Source: a virus (taxonomy: Duplodnaviria; Caudoviricetes). From it: DNA of 55,703 nucleotides. Both the position numbers and the translations under genes were made by a program. Within the stretch, counting starts at the first letter, position 1; the number at the start of each line of letters is the position of its first letter. The notes beneath the pieces were generated by a model. That model did no database searches. It was not told the DNA's origin and was given only the letters and a program-made list of their open reading frames with translations. Positions 1 through 9,355 of the stretch are shown piece after piece. Where the stretch lies: positions 1 to 55,703 of IMG/VR virus record IMGVR_UViG_3300050014_000104; one strand, 5' to 3'.

Positions 1-628
1 TACGCTTAAGGATTATGAACTCCACATGAATCTTGCTAAGGGGAATGTTTTCCTTCTTGCTATAGACCGCCTTGTAGAGGATAAGCTGGCTTGTCTTGGT
101 GAAGTCCTCTTTCGCATTGGCATCCCACTCACGAGTGGCAGTCTTGATGTCAATAATGTGGATGTCACCCGAGAGTTTCTCTTTGATTACAAGGTCGAGG
201 CGGGCGTCCAAGTTGACGTTGTTGACGATGGGCGAGATGAATTTGACTTCGATGCCGATTAGCTCGTATTTGTCTCGGGAGAAGCGAAGTTTGATATTGG
301 CGGGGTCAATGAACTCGGCGATGATGCCTTTACCATCTTCGACAAACTCGTTGAACTCTGCTTCGGTATGCTTGATGCCTTTCATCGTTACCAGTTGCTT
401 GAACTTGGCGGTGAATGGAGTTATCAAATCCATTTTGTAAGCAGCTTCTTCCGAGGTATTGTAATAGGAGACGAGGAAGGATTGAAGTGCTTCGTGGATG
501 GCGGTTCCGAAGGACATATGGATACTATCCTCGAATACTTTTTCTTTCAGGATGTAATCCCTATAAAATTGGTGAGGGCATAACCACCATTTGGAGAACT
601 GGGTGTAGGATACAGTTTTCTTTCTCAT
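1..628 (-). CDS. PD-(D/E)XK (RecB/AddB-like) nuclease, truncated by the window edge
   Basis: Not in the ORF track. Manual translation from ATG 628: MRKKTVSYTQFSKWWLCPHQF...FGTAIHEA...E...ARLDLV...IIDIKT...QLILY, which gives SYSQ/CP, GTxxH, D-DxK and QxxxY motifs. Confidence 0.85.
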   Translation of the reverse strand, partial: MRKKTVSYTQFSKWWLCPHQFYRDYILKEKVFEDSIHMSFGTAIHEALQSFLVSYYNTSEEAAYKMDLITPFTAKFKQLVTMKGIKHTEAEFNEFVEDGKGIIAEFIDPANIKLRFSRDKYELIGIEVKFISPIVNNVNLDARLDLVIKEKLSGDIHIIDIKTATREWDANAKEDFTKTSQLILYKAVYSKKENIPLSKIHVEFIILKR

Positions 629-637
629 TGTTGCGTG

Positions 638-666
638 ATATTATCAGAATTTCCTCTGTCGGTCAA
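638..666 (-). promoter_or_regulatory. sigma70-like promoter for the PD-(D/E)XK nuclease
   Basis: TTGACC-17-TAATAT with TG extension; ATG 9 nt downstream of the -10 box. Confidence 0.55.
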
Positions 667-1637
667 CTTTTTATAGTCCATCCTTTGAGATGCGACTTTC
701 TTCTACCAAGCATTTCTCTTGCTGCGCCGTCATTTAGATTGTGTGCTTTGATTAACTCTCGGAGAGTTCCTTGAAAGCGTTCGCCCGTCTTAAAGTTTGA
801 GAAATGATGGATTGTATCCATACGATTATTGGCTTTGGTATTTTGTTTGAAGGCAATCGCATATAGTGTATCAACGTTTGGAGAATGTTGGAGTTTCCCT
901 TTCCCGATAAATATCCACCCCCACGCCATTTTCCGTTTTCCGCTCACCAAACGATGGATTGTAGTTCGTTGCGGTTTGGTTATGTTATTAGATGCGATAA
1001 ACTCTGGAAGAGTGCCCACAAATGTTCCTTGGGCGGGATGATAGAAGGAATAGATTTCTCTGGAATTGTTTATTCGGTCGTGATACACGTAAGCAATATC
1101 CTCGGGTAGCTCGCACGGATATTTTCCAATGTATATCCACCCGTGGGATTTGTCCAATTCTCCTGTCTGTAGCCGATAAGCTATACCCTTACGCAGACCA
1201 AATCGCCCACCAAACTCAAACATCCCACCCGTGAAATATCCGTAGGTTGGATTGTAAAACACGTATTGACCAGAATAATAAGGATGATTTTCTCCACGAC
1301 ATGCATCTCCTATTTTCTGTTTGGCAATATCGGTATGCCTGTAACCACGGCACGAGCCAGCAATTTGGAGAATGTTGTATTCGGGGTGAAGTGTGTCAAA
1401 GTAATATTGCTCTCGTATGATACATTGAGCGGGGAGGCACTCTTCTACGACCTCAAATCTAAAATTCTGTTCCCCATATTTGTTCCACGAATATTGAAGA
1501 TGTTGATTAAAATGTTTATTCACTCGTAGTTTTGTACGATGTGACCACCATCGTTTCTTAAACCCCAATGTTGCGGTAGAGCCAATGTAGCATTTGTTAT
1601 TTGCTGAGTTGATTATTTTGTAAACACCTGTGTTCAT
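663..1637 (-). CDS. GIY-YIG homing endonuclease
   Basis: GVYKIIN...CYIGS...R.WSH...HLQYSWNKYG...E...YN, followed by repeated DNA-binding modules; TATTTATA lies just upstream of ATG 1637. Confidence 0.9.
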   Translation of the reverse strand: MNTGVYKIINSANNKCYIGSTATLGFKKRWWSHRTKLRVNKHFNQHLQYSWNKYGEQNFRFEVVEECLPAQCIIREQYYFDTLHPEYNILQIAGSCRGYRHTDIAKQKIGDACRGENHPYYSGQYVFYNPTYGYFTGGMFEFGGRFGLRKGIAYRLQTGELDKSHGWIYIGKYPCELPEDIAYVYHDRINNSREIYSFYHPAQGTFVGTLPEFIASNNITKPQRTTIHRLVSGKRKMAWGWIFIGKGKLQHSPNVDTLYAIAFKQNTKANNRMDTIHHFSNFKTGERFQGTLRELIKAHNLNDGAAREMLGRRKSHLKGWTIKS

Positions 1638-1767
1638 GCTTATAAATAGCACTCACGATTTCCAAAATACCATAAATATGGACATATCCACCATTCATTA
1701 TATTCTATCATAATGAATAATCAATGTCTATTTATTTTCAGATACCACAGTAATATCGAATATTCCC

Positions 1768-1795
1768 TTGACATCCTGTTTGTGGGGTGTATAAT
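1768..1795 (+). promoter_or_regulatory. sigma70 consensus promoter
   Basis: TTGACA(1768)-16-TATAAT(1790); ATG at 1807. Confidence 0.8.
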
Positions 1796-1806
1796 ACGAC
1801 TCAATT

Positions 1807-2229
1807 ATGAACAAAAGTAAAATAAACAAAATCGCCGCTAAAACGCTCAAAGATGGTATTGAACGGCGGAAGAAATTGAGAAATTGTCCTAAATTCGGAG
1901 ACCATCTCACAAGTTATGAACCAGTTGGTGACACTCCGATAATCACCATAGACCTGTTATCTGCTGCGGAGGACGCTTATAAAGCCCTCCGAGAACTGGG
2001 GCAGCACGGAAATAACATCTCTAGCATAAGAAATTACATTGATGCCTTGGAGAAAGAACTTGACAAGTCTAAACGGATGAGAGGCAACAGGCCATTAACC
2101 AAGAAAATAAACGGATGGAGCGAGGAGGAGTTGACATGGCGTGAATACAATGCCGCTCCACCTGCCAGACTCAATAACGACGGGACTGTTGACCCGCCAC
2201 AACAAACAGAAGCAGGCAAGCTAGAATAA
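1807..2229 (+). CDS. hypothetical protein (GWSE..W.EYNAAPP motif)
   Basis: ORF directly after the promoter; C-terminal motif shared with the next gene. Confidence 0.7.
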   Translation: MNKSKINKIAAKTLKDGIERRKKLRNCPKFGDHLTSYEPVGDTPIITIDLLSAAEDAYKALRELGQHGNNISSIRNYIDALEKELDKSKRMRGNRPLTKKINGWSEEELTWREYNAAPPARLNNDGTVDPPQQTEAGKLE

Positions 2230-2233
2230 TCCC

Positions 2234-2674
2234 ATGCGAAAACAACTTACTAAATCCTATTCCGCATCAAGTTTACAAGATGAAGCGAGAGAATTATGCT
2301 ATGCCATTGAAGAATTGCCTGCATCAGAACAACAGACGAAAATATCCCTAATGGCTTCTAATCTGAATACTAAGATAGGACAACTTGAATTGGAATTCTC
2401 CGGATGCAAAAAGGAAAACGAAAAGTTGCTCGGTGAACTGGAAGCTGCCAATCAGCATGTGAAAATTATAAATCAGCGTAATTCAGACCGATTCAGAGAC
2501 CTGTTCAGAGACCGTCCGACCCCACCGCCGGAATGTCATAACGCATTCGTGGGACTGCCATCTTATGGGTGGAGTGAATCGGCATGGCAGGAATATAATG
2601 CCGCTCCACCACGTCCACTCGCTCGACCAAAGAGCAATCCGCCAACGAGTGATGCTTTGGGGTGGGTTGATTAA
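2234..2674 (+). CDS. hypothetical coiled-coil protein
   Basis: Operon spacing; shares motifs with 1807-2229 and 12887-13228. Confidence 0.7.
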   Translation: MRKQLTKSYSASSLQDEARELCYAIEELPASEQQTKISLMASNLNTKIGQLELEFSGCKKENEKLLGELEAANQHVKIINQRNSDRFRDLFRDRPTPPPECHNAFVGLPSYGWSESAWQEYNAAPPRPLARPKSNPPTSDALGWVD

Positions 2675-2699
2675 ATTTTGTACGAAAGAAACGCCCATT

Positions 2700-2828
2700 A
2701 TGAAGTTGAATTTCGTCAAAAGAACCCGATACGTTGCCCAAAAGTGGGGCATGTTCATTGAAACCGGAGACTACTGGGTGGCGATATGCCTTTGCATCGG
2801 CAAAACAGAATTTTGCGTAGTTTGGTGA
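2700..2828 (+). CDS. small hypothetical protein
   Basis: MKLNFVKR... fills the gap in a + strand run. Confidence 0.4.
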   Translation: MKLNFVKRTRYVAQKWGMFIETGDYWVAICLCIGKTEFCVVW

Positions 2829-2861
2829 GGAGTCCTGCTACAAAGTCAGAAGATTAACAAT

Positions 2862-3053
2862 ATGAGTGCCAAACTGAATCGCTATCGTATTTGGGAAATA
2901 CATAATGAGACGGGGCACAAGGAGTTTTATATCAACCTTGCTGCGGGCGATGACGAAGAAGCAAATAAAAGATTAAGAGAACTTCAAGAATGTTGTAATA
3001 AGCACAATGATAATGTTACACTTCAAATGAAAAAACGGAAAAATAAACTATGA
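2862..3053 (+). CDS. hypothetical protein
   Basis: ATGA overlap with the next gene. Confidence 0.6.
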   Translation: MSAKLNRYRIWEIHNETGHKEFYINLAAGDDEEANKRLRELQECCNKHNDNVTLQMKKRKNKL

Positions 3054-3310
3054 AAGAGATTTCTGAAATGGAAAATGACGGTTGGGAGCTAATCGTAATA
3101 AGACAACATAAGCAAGACCCATTCAAGTATCCACTCAATGAAATAAAATGTAAATCCTATTTAGAGGAAATACTATGTGATTGTGAAATCGGAATGGCAA
3201 TTGGAGAAAATTGGCACGGTGGAATGACACGAGAAGAATGGAAAACTCGAAAGGAATACATTGAGAAAGTATTGGGGGAGTTGCTCTATCTACCAAACCA
3301 GATTGAATAA
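3050..3310 (+). CDS. hypothetical protein
   Basis: Coupled to its neighbours. Confidence 0.6.
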   Translation: MKEISEMENDGWELIVIRQHKQDPFKYPLNEIKCKSYLEEILCDCEIGMAIGENWHGGMTREEWKTRKEYIEKVLGELLYLPNQIE

Positions 3311-3312
3311 AT

Positions 3313-3930
3313 ATGGACAGAAAAATAAAGTTCAGAGTGTGGGATAATACTGACCATCATTGGCAAATAGATGACTACGAGTTGTTGTTTTGTCAAGAAC
3401 AAGGAGATTTCACATATCATCAGGAGAAGTTGGGAAAGTATCATGATTACACCATTCCGCAATTTACCGGCATAAAAGACCGTAATTGTACTGATATTTA
3501 CGAGGGTGATATAGTTAAAATTGACCTTCTTAATGATAAAGTCAAAACTCTAACAGAACTCGTCGTGTGGGGAGAGTATGGGGACGACGAATATGTTGAC
3601 TCATTAGAATGTTGGATGATTGGCGGGTATCCACTGAGTTCCGTAGCACACGCATGGGGACTGAGATATAACGGGTTAGAAACGAAGGCGGGTAGCTTAG
3701 AAGTTTTCGGAAACATTTTCGATATGATTACATTAGACGGAATGACGGTGCTTGTTAAGCAAATTGTTAAGGATGGCAATGTCGTGTGCTTAGAATGTAT
3801 AAAGTGTGGAGATAAGGCATTATTTTTTGAAGGCGATATACCATATCTTTACAATAAAAAATATCTGAAAGGATGTCCTGTTTGTAGCGGTTCATATAAA
3901 GTTCACGGCCATTTCATGGAGGATATATGA
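3313..3930 (+). CDS. YopX-family protein with C-terminal Zn ribbon
   Basis: MDRKIKFRVWD...QFTGIKDRN..DIYEGDIV...EVFGNIF; CxxC...CPVC tail. Confidence 0.85.
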   Translation: MDRKIKFRVWDNTDHHWQIDDYELLFCQEQGDFTYHQEKLGKYHDYTIPQFTGIKDRNCTDIYEGDIVKIDLLNDKVKTLTELVVWGEYGDDEYVDSLECWMIGGYPLSSVAHAWGLRYNGLETKAGSLEVFGNIFDMITLDGMTVLVKQIVKDGNVVCLECIKCGDKALFFEGDIPYLYNKKYLKGCPVCSGSYKVHGHFMEDI

Positions 3931-4106
3931 CCGAACAAAATACCAACTACGAATTGATAGGTCATCGTGGCGAGCAGGTTCTTGATACGGGCTTATTTGA
4001 CATATGGATTAAATGGTTTTTTGATAATGAAGAAACATACACACAAATGGATACGAACGGGAAAGGCGAGGTACACTTACCCATTACTGCTTCGAGAAAA
4101 ATGTAG
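3927..4106 (+). CDS. small hypothetical protein (59 aa)
   Basis: ATGA-coupled to YopX; below the ORF-track length cut-off. Confidence 0.35.
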   Translation: MTEQNTNYELIGHRGEQVLDTGLFDIWIKWFFDNEETYTQMDTNGKGEVHLPITASRKM

Positions 4107-4284
4107 TTGTGGGGAAGTCCGGTGGGTTGACGGAGACGGGATACCAATGACAAAAAAGACATTCCCCGTCGAGCGTCGTAGATTGGAAGAAAAATATCCA
4201 CAATATTTTGATAAAGCAGTTTCCAATTTCAAACGGGGAATAGTTTCTCCTCCAATTAACCTCGCCCCATTCAAAAATTCAAAT

Positions 4285-4803
4285 ATGACATTTACACTAA
4301 TAGAACCAGTATCGTTATCAGATTATATCCCCATAATAAAGGATGTATATTTTGACAATATAAGTAGCCAACGATGTTTTGCGGCGACATGTGCTACATA
4401 TGTTGGTCTGATAGAAAATGAAGAAATATCGGGCGTGTGGCAACAGAGGATTGCATATTCAGGAGACCATTATCATAGGGTTCCTGTTGGAATAACGGGA
4501 TGGTACTCGCATCCTCCATTTGATTTGCCACGAATTTGGCTCGGGTGGTTTGGCATAAGAAAAGAATTTCAAAGGAAAAAATATGGTTCGTTGCTCTTGA
4601 TGGATACGATAGATGCCATAAAGTCCGATGTTGTCGGCATTGATGAGTTGTTTGTATTTACTGATACTGGTGCGGGGTTCTATCAAAAATGTGGGTTTGA
4701 GAAACTTGGAAGCATAGGAGAATTATGCAAGAAGAAGTACCCCGGAATTGACACGGATACTGGTTTCAATTTGAATGAAATCGTTTTGATGAAGAAAATA
4801 TGA
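4285..4803 (+). CDS. GNAT-family acetyltransferase (start may be upstream, frame open from 3967)
   Basis: WLGWFGIRKEFQRKKYGSLLL (motif A) and AGFYQKCGF (motif B). Confidence 0.8.
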   Translation: MTFTLIEPVSLSDYIPIIKDVYFDNISSQRCFAATCATYVGLIENEEISGVWQQRIAYSGDHYHRVPVGITGWYSHPPFDLPRIWLGWFGIRKEFQRKKYGSLLLMDTIDAIKSDVVGIDELFVFTDTGAGFYQKCGFEKLGSIGELCKKKYPGIDTDTGFNLNEIVLMKKI

Positions 4804-5510
4804 AAGCAATAATCCTCTCATTCCTACTGGCGGCTTCAAGTCTTTTTGCAGCCGATGGCGTGTTTTATGTGGACAGGCCAGTTAACTCTCATCTGATTGC
4901 TCAAAGTGGTGCAACAACGACCAACCATTTTATCGGTGGAAGCACCACAATGGTTGGGGGAGCCACTCTGACAGAACTCTGTCCGTCTGAAAAGACGACA
5001 ATCTACCTCGGTGGAGGTCCGGTCATCGAGGCGGATGCTGGCTCGGTGCTCTCTATCAATACGTTCGACCAAGAAGTGAAGAACCTAACGAATTCGCCTT
5101 CGCTTGCGGCGTTTGGGAGTCACAACATTAGCCTCACACTCACAAAGGGGAATTTCTCCGTCACCTACAAAGCCCAAGATGAAAATTCGACTTGTGCGAT
5201 AAGTACACCTTTGGCGTTGTATCAGATGAATGTAGGAAAGTTCTTTTTCCAAGTTAGTGACGCAAAGAGCCTCGTGTACGTCTTGGATGGGATGATGACT
5301 GTTCATGGGGATAAGAATAGGGTTGACTCTGCCAAGAAAGGCAGCAAGGCCATCACTGGCCAAATAGATACCGAAGTTGCCACGACAACCCGCCCAATCA
5401 ATCCCACAGAGAGTAACACTATCGCCACGCAGACCAGAGATTTAGCGTCGGCAACTATTCAATTCATTGTGATTGACGGGCGGGTACGGGGTATTAGAAT
5501 GGCTCCGTAA
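4800..5510 (+). CDS. secreted protein with FecR-like beta domain
   Basis: Signal peptide MKAIILSFLLAASSLFA; L.LTKG...ISTPLA...G.F...VYVLDG pattern resembles FecR. Confidence 0.55.
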   Translation: MKAIILSFLLAASSLFAADGVFYVDRPVNSHLIAQSGATTTNHFIGGSTTMVGGATLTELCPSEKTTIYLGGGPVIEADAGSVLSINTFDQEVKNLTNSPSLAAFGSHNISLTLTKGNFSVTYKAQDENSTCAISTPLALYQMNVGKFFFQVSDAKSLVYVLDGMMTVHGDKNRVDSAKKGSKAITGQIDTEVATTTRPINPTESNTIATQTRDLASATIQFIVIDGRVRGIRMAP

Positions 5511-6029
5511 CTATTCTTTGTTTTCGATATAGAACTCCGTGCCGTCAGGTCTTCGGACGACGATTCGGGTCCAATCCAACTCGCATTGGACTTCCGAAAT
5601 GTTCCCGGTGTCGGACCAATCCAAAGACGTAGCCTTTACTTCCTTGAATTGGCAATCGGGGGCACACCACGTTTCCACAACGTCTCCTACTGGCCCCAAC
5701 TCGTCAATTTGAAGGTTGAATATTCCTGCCCCGAGACATCGGAACAAGACGTATTGGGGGACAATGGATTCATAAATACGCATCTTGATTGTATGCCAGT
5801 GTCGTTTTCCCTGCCATCGTGTAAACCCGGGCCTATCAATGTATTTGATGAGGAATGGTTCGATTAGGTGTTCTTTTGTTTTGGAGCCGTACATATGCAC
5901 CAGAAACCGATTTCGGGTCTTGGGTTCAAATGCAGTGTAGAACATGTTCTTTTCGATGGGGACTGAATGTCCTTTCGGGACGCCCCCACCTTCGGCGGGT
6001 GTAACTTTTTCTGTAGATGTTTTTGTCAT
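5511..6029 (-). CDS. tail-tube (gp19-like) paralog
   Basis: FYTAFEPKTRNRF...RP...LGPVGDVVETW...LDWS matches tail-tube motifs of large myophages (recalled similarity). Confidence 0.6.
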   Translation of the reverse strand: MTKTSTEKVTPAEGGGVPKGHSVPIEKNMFYTAFEPKTRNRFLVHMYGSKTKEHLIEPFLIKYIDRPGFTRWQGKRHWHTIKMRIYESIVPQYVLFRCLGAGIFNLQIDELGPVGDVVETWCAPDCQFKEVKATSLDWSDTGNISEVQCELDWTRIVVRRPDGTEFYIENKE

Positions 6030-6088
6030 AGAGTGAAACTCCTTTCATATACATACTACCTTACCCAAATTTTTGGGATTAAAATAAG

Positions 6089-6117
6089 TTGCGACTTCGC
6101 TTGACGTATGTTATTCT
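6089..6117 (+). promoter_or_regulatory. sigma70-like promoter, leaderless
   Basis: TTGCGA-17-TATTCT with TGn extension; ATG at 6124. Confidence 0.55.
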
Positions 6118-6123
6118 TGGCAC

Positions 6124-6624
6124 ATGAATAGAAGGAATTTCCTCGGAAGTCTCGCCGTTCTGCCGTTCTTCGGCAGTCTTGTCAAAGCTGTTGGAGTCAC
6201 GCCCGAACCATTGCCAGAACCGCCTCTACCAACGCCTATTTCGCCTTGGGAAGGATGGGATAACTACCCTATTTTGACGGAGGAAGAAATCAAACAGTAC
6301 TGGGAACTGGTTAACACACCCTGTTTTCCTGCCCTTGGATTTGATGGGACTGTGAAAGGATTCGTAGTCAAGACGAGGAAGATGAAAATCGTTGTAACTC
6401 AACCAGTGATTGACCAAGCCCGCCGTGTGGGATACTTCCCCAATGAAATCAAGTACCGAGCGATTGAGGAAATTCGGAGGTCGGGAGTTACGCATGTTTA
6501 TGCTGTGTTTATCTGCAATTGTCCCATCTATGACCCTCAGACATTTACGGCATATTATGGGGCGATGTTTCGTGGGGCAACTGTACCGACGTGGTTCGCA
6601 CCCGCTGCCTATAAACGGGGATGA
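6124..6624 (+). CDS. Tat-signal protein with major-capsid-like segments
   Basis: MNRRNFL twin-arginine leader; KTRKMK and PIYDPQTF motifs. Confidence 0.55.
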   Translation: MNRRNFLGSLAVLPFFGSLVKAVGVTPEPLPEPPLPTPISPWEGWDNYPILTEEEIKQYWELVNTPCFPALGFDGTVKGFVVKTRKMKIVVTQPVIDQARRVGYFPNEIKYRAIEEIRRSGVTHVYAVFICNCPIYDPQTFTAYYGAMFRGATVPTWFAPAAYKRG

Positions 6625-6681
6625 GTTGGCGTTGTGGCAAATAAACCAATCGTTTTGTCGTCGTAGTCTATATTTATCAGT

Positions 6682-7281
6682 ATGACTACAGAAAACAAAA
6701 ATGTAAGAAACGTCCGCTCACTTAAGCGGGGAGAGCCATTCCACGACCTTAAAGTCGTTTCTATGTGTGAAAAGGATGCATATGGAAAGGTTTGCTATCT
6801 GTGCCAATGCAAGTGTGGAAACTTTAGGAAAGTCCGTCGTTCCTATCTGTTAAGCGGACGCACCAAATCATGTGGGTGTGGGAAGAAAATAGCGTCTTCC
6901 GAAACTGGAAAGCGTAGTATTCATTTTGCCATTGATGCGAATAAGCGGTTCGTTGGAGATTTGAGCGGAGCACTATGGAGCCGAGTGGTAAAGCAGGCAG
7001 AGATGCGAAATCTGGAAGTTGGGGTTACTCAACAACAGGCGTGGGATTTGTTTGTGAAACAAGATAAAAAATGTGCTTTGACGGGGTTGGAGTTGTTTCT
7101 TGACCCTCACCACTGTAATCGTCAGCGTGTAACGGCATCGCTTGACAGGATTGACTCGGGGGAGGGTTATGTGAAAGGAAACATTCAATGGGTGCATAAA
7201 GATGTAAACCTAATGAAAAATGGATTCTCGGAGCATCGTTTCAGAGAGATTTGCCGATTGGTGACAGAAAATGACACTTAA
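6682..7281 (+). CDS. HNH-like (His-Me finger) homing endonuclease
   Basis: CQCKCG...SCGC and KCALTG...SLDRIDS..GY..GNIQWVHKDVN. Confidence 0.85.
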   Translation: MTTENKNVRNVRSLKRGEPFHDLKVVSMCEKDAYGKVCYLCQCKCGNFRKVRRSYLLSGRTKSCGCGKKIASSETGKRSIHFAIDANKRFVGDLSGALWSRVVKQAEMRNLEVGVTQQQAWDLFVKQDKKCALTGLELFLDPHHCNRQRVTASLDRIDSGEGYVKGNIQWVHKDVNLMKNGFSEHRFREICRLVTENDT

Positions 7282-7633
7282 CCAACTAGATAGTTTAGAT
7301 GAACAGGAACTTGCACTGGCACTTGTTATAGTGAATGTCATAGCACCATTAGAAGTGCCCAAGATGACGTTTGAGCCTCGGCATTTAACATGGTTCAAGC
7401 ATGACATGCTTATAAAAAAGTTCCTTGAAGTTTTTCCGAGATTGAAGCCCGAGGGACATGCTACTTATGCTTCACTCATGCAGAAACTCGGAGTTTGCAT
7501 CGAAATCAAACATAACCCAAATGAATCCCCAAGAGCAGAAAACACTGGAAGTAATCAATGCCCACCGACAGCGAGTATTCAACCTGATGTCTCGCCTGTC
7601 ACAGGAAGTAATGAGCAGGGGAAACAGCCATGA
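7271..7633 (+). CDS. hypothetical protein
   Basis: Coupled ORF; the 3' third overlaps the next gene. Confidence 0.55.
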   Translation: MTLNQLDSLDEQELALALVIVNVIAPLEVPKMTFEPRHLTWFKHDMLIKKFLEVFPRLKPEGHATYASLMQKLGVCIEIKHNPNESPRAENTGSNQCPPTASIQPDVSPVTGSNEQGKQP

Positions 7634-7991
7634 TGAATCCAAACTCGGACCCGAAGAGCTACCACACTACGTCGCAACCATTGACGAGTTCAAGGAACAC
7701 CCTTACGGGAGTGACGGTTACAATAAGGCCAAGGAATCGCTTGGTCCCGCAGTGGTTCATCATTACAAGCACAACCGACACCATCCCGAGCACTTCGGCG
7801 GCGACATCGGGAAGATGAACCTGATTGACCTTCTGGAAATGCTTGCTGACTGGAAAGCAGCTACGCAAAATCATCCCGAACAGCCGGGAAACATGGCGAA
7901 ATCAATTTCGTTGGCGGTGGACAAATATAAAATCTCGCCAGACCTATCCCGAATCCTTTACAATACCGCCATAGACTTTGGAATGATATGA
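7521..7991 (+). CDS. DUF5662-like HD-type protein
   Basis: H...HDESK...HHYKHNRHHPEH...EMLADW. Confidence 0.75.
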   Translation: MNPQEQKTLEVINAHRQRVFNLMSRLSQEVMSRGNSHDESKLGPEELPHYVATIDEFKEHPYGSDGYNKAKESLGPAVVHHYKHNRHHPEHFGGDIGKMNLIDLLEMLADWKAATQNHPEQPGNMAKSISLAVDKYKISPDLSRILYNTAIDFGMI

Positions 7992-8200
7992 ACGAGAAGG
8001 AGTTCTACAAGTGGTTGGATGTTGATAGCAATACGGTTTTGCTGAGTCAGAAGGAATCTTTTCATGATGCCAATGGCAATTACGAGAGAACATGGGTGAT
8101 TGATAACAAGGGCACCAGACATAAGATTGTAGAAGTAAAGATGGGCACTGCCATCGAGTTTCATGTATGTCAGACCCCCAAGTCGTTTGACACAGAATGA
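7988..8200 (+). CDS. hypothetical protein
   Basis: ATGA overlap with the upstream gene. Confidence 0.55.
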   Translation: MNEKEFYKWLDVDSNTVLLSQKESFHDANGNYERTWVIDNKGTRHKIVEVKMGTAIEFHVCQTPKSFDTE

Positions 8201-8204
8201 GAAT

Positions 8205-8423
8205 ATGAGAGATATACCAAACAACCATATTATTGTTGGTGAGCCTCGCCGATGTATTTGTGGGCTTTATGGAAATAAATCTATCGTATGCTCCGACGTA
8301 ATTGTAGCGTTGGATGGGCTGATGGAGTTTATTGGGGATTATGGATTGCAAAGTCCGTCTCTTGTAAAAAATGTTGAGATGGTTAACGAAGTTGTTCGTC
8401 CTCTAATTCAAGATTGCGATTAA
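8205..8423 (+). CDS. hypothetical protein
   Basis: Operon spacing. Confidence 0.5.
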   Translation: MRDIPNNHIIVGEPRRCICGLYGNKSIVCSDVIVALDGLMEFIGDYGLQSPSLVKNVEMVNEVVRPLIQDCD

Positions 8424-8424
8424 C

Positions 8425-8658
8425 ATGAAAGCTATAGAATTTCCAGAGGCGAATGCCATCTTCGCCAAAAATCAAGATGCCTATTTGCAGCTTCCTGCAT
8501 ACAAGGCACCAGATGGGATTGTAACATCGTGTTACCAATTAACATGGAAAGAACGGCTGCAAGTACTCTTCGGAGCTAAGGTGTTTCTTAGCCTGATGAC
8601 GTTCAACAAACCTTTGCAGCCCCAGAAATTATATGTATCCCGCCGTTTCCAGAAGTAA
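8425..8658 (+). CDS. conserved phage hypothetical protein
   Basis: FPEAN..FAKNQ..Y..LPA...SCYQLTWKERL...FNKPLQP. Confidence 0.7.
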   Translation: MKAIEFPEANAIFAKNQDAYLQLPAYKAPDGIVTSCYQLTWKERLQVLFGAKVFLSLMTFNKPLQPQKLYVSRRFQK

Positions 8659-9355
8659 ATATCAATCGAAAACATTTGACGGTCGGACTGTTTGGTATAA
8701 ACCCTGCCCCTCCTGTGGGTCTGAACAACAATACTCCACGTTACGAGCAATATCGTGGGCGACGACTCATGAGAAGGTTTGTTATGGTTGTAAAAATACG
8801 GGGAAGAATAACCCGTTTTTTGGAAAATCTCACTCCGAGGAACATAAGAGACTCCTATCAGAATCTCAATCAACTTGCTCATATAGATACAAACGTGTAG
8901 GGCACAATCCTCCAAAAACTACTATTATTTGTAAGCGTTGCCATACTCCGTTTGATGTGACGGATTATCTGAAAAATAGGCGAAAGTATTGCTGTTATAA
9001 ATGTGCTTTGGAGGATTCATTCGGTTTCTCAGACGGTCATAAAACCAATCCTGAGATTCGGGTTGAAACAATCCTTGTTGAGTTGGGAGAGGACTATCAG
9101 TATGGGTATGCGGTGGATGGTAAAATTTATGATTTCTATCTGCCGCAAAGGAAGTTGCTTTTGGAAGTGGATGGAACTTACTGGCACGCCAAAGATTTGG
9201 AATTCAATGAAATGGATGAAACTCAGAGAGCGGTATGGAGGAATGACTTAAAAAAAGTTGATATTGCTCACCGCAACGGATACAATCTTGTCCGAATATG
9301 GGAAGATGAAATCACGAAAGAAAAGGTAATAAATTGTACCAGAATGTTTTTATAA
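8633..9355 (+). CDS. Zn-finger plus Vsr/DUF559-like endonuclease (putative homing)
   Basis: CxxC clusters, NPFFGKSHS (NUMOD3-like) and YDFY...LEVDGTYWH...RIWE. Confidence 0.8.
   Translation: MYPAVSRSKYQSKTFDGRTVWYKPCPSCGSEQQYSTLRAISWATTHEKVCYGCKNTGKNNPFFGKSHSEEHKRLLSESQSTCSYRYKRVGHNPPKTTIICKRCHTPFDVTDYLKNRRKYCCYKCALEDSFGFSDGHKTNPEIRVETILVELGEDYQYGYAVDGKIYDFYLPQRKLLLEVDGTYWHAKDLEFNEMDETQRAVWRNDLKKVDIAHRNGYNLVRIWEDEITKEKVINCTRMFL

Noticed and set aside
1-628. Cas4 indicating a CRISPR system
   Set aside because: Generic PD-(D/E)XK nuclease with no cas neighbours or array; its C-terminus is outside the window.
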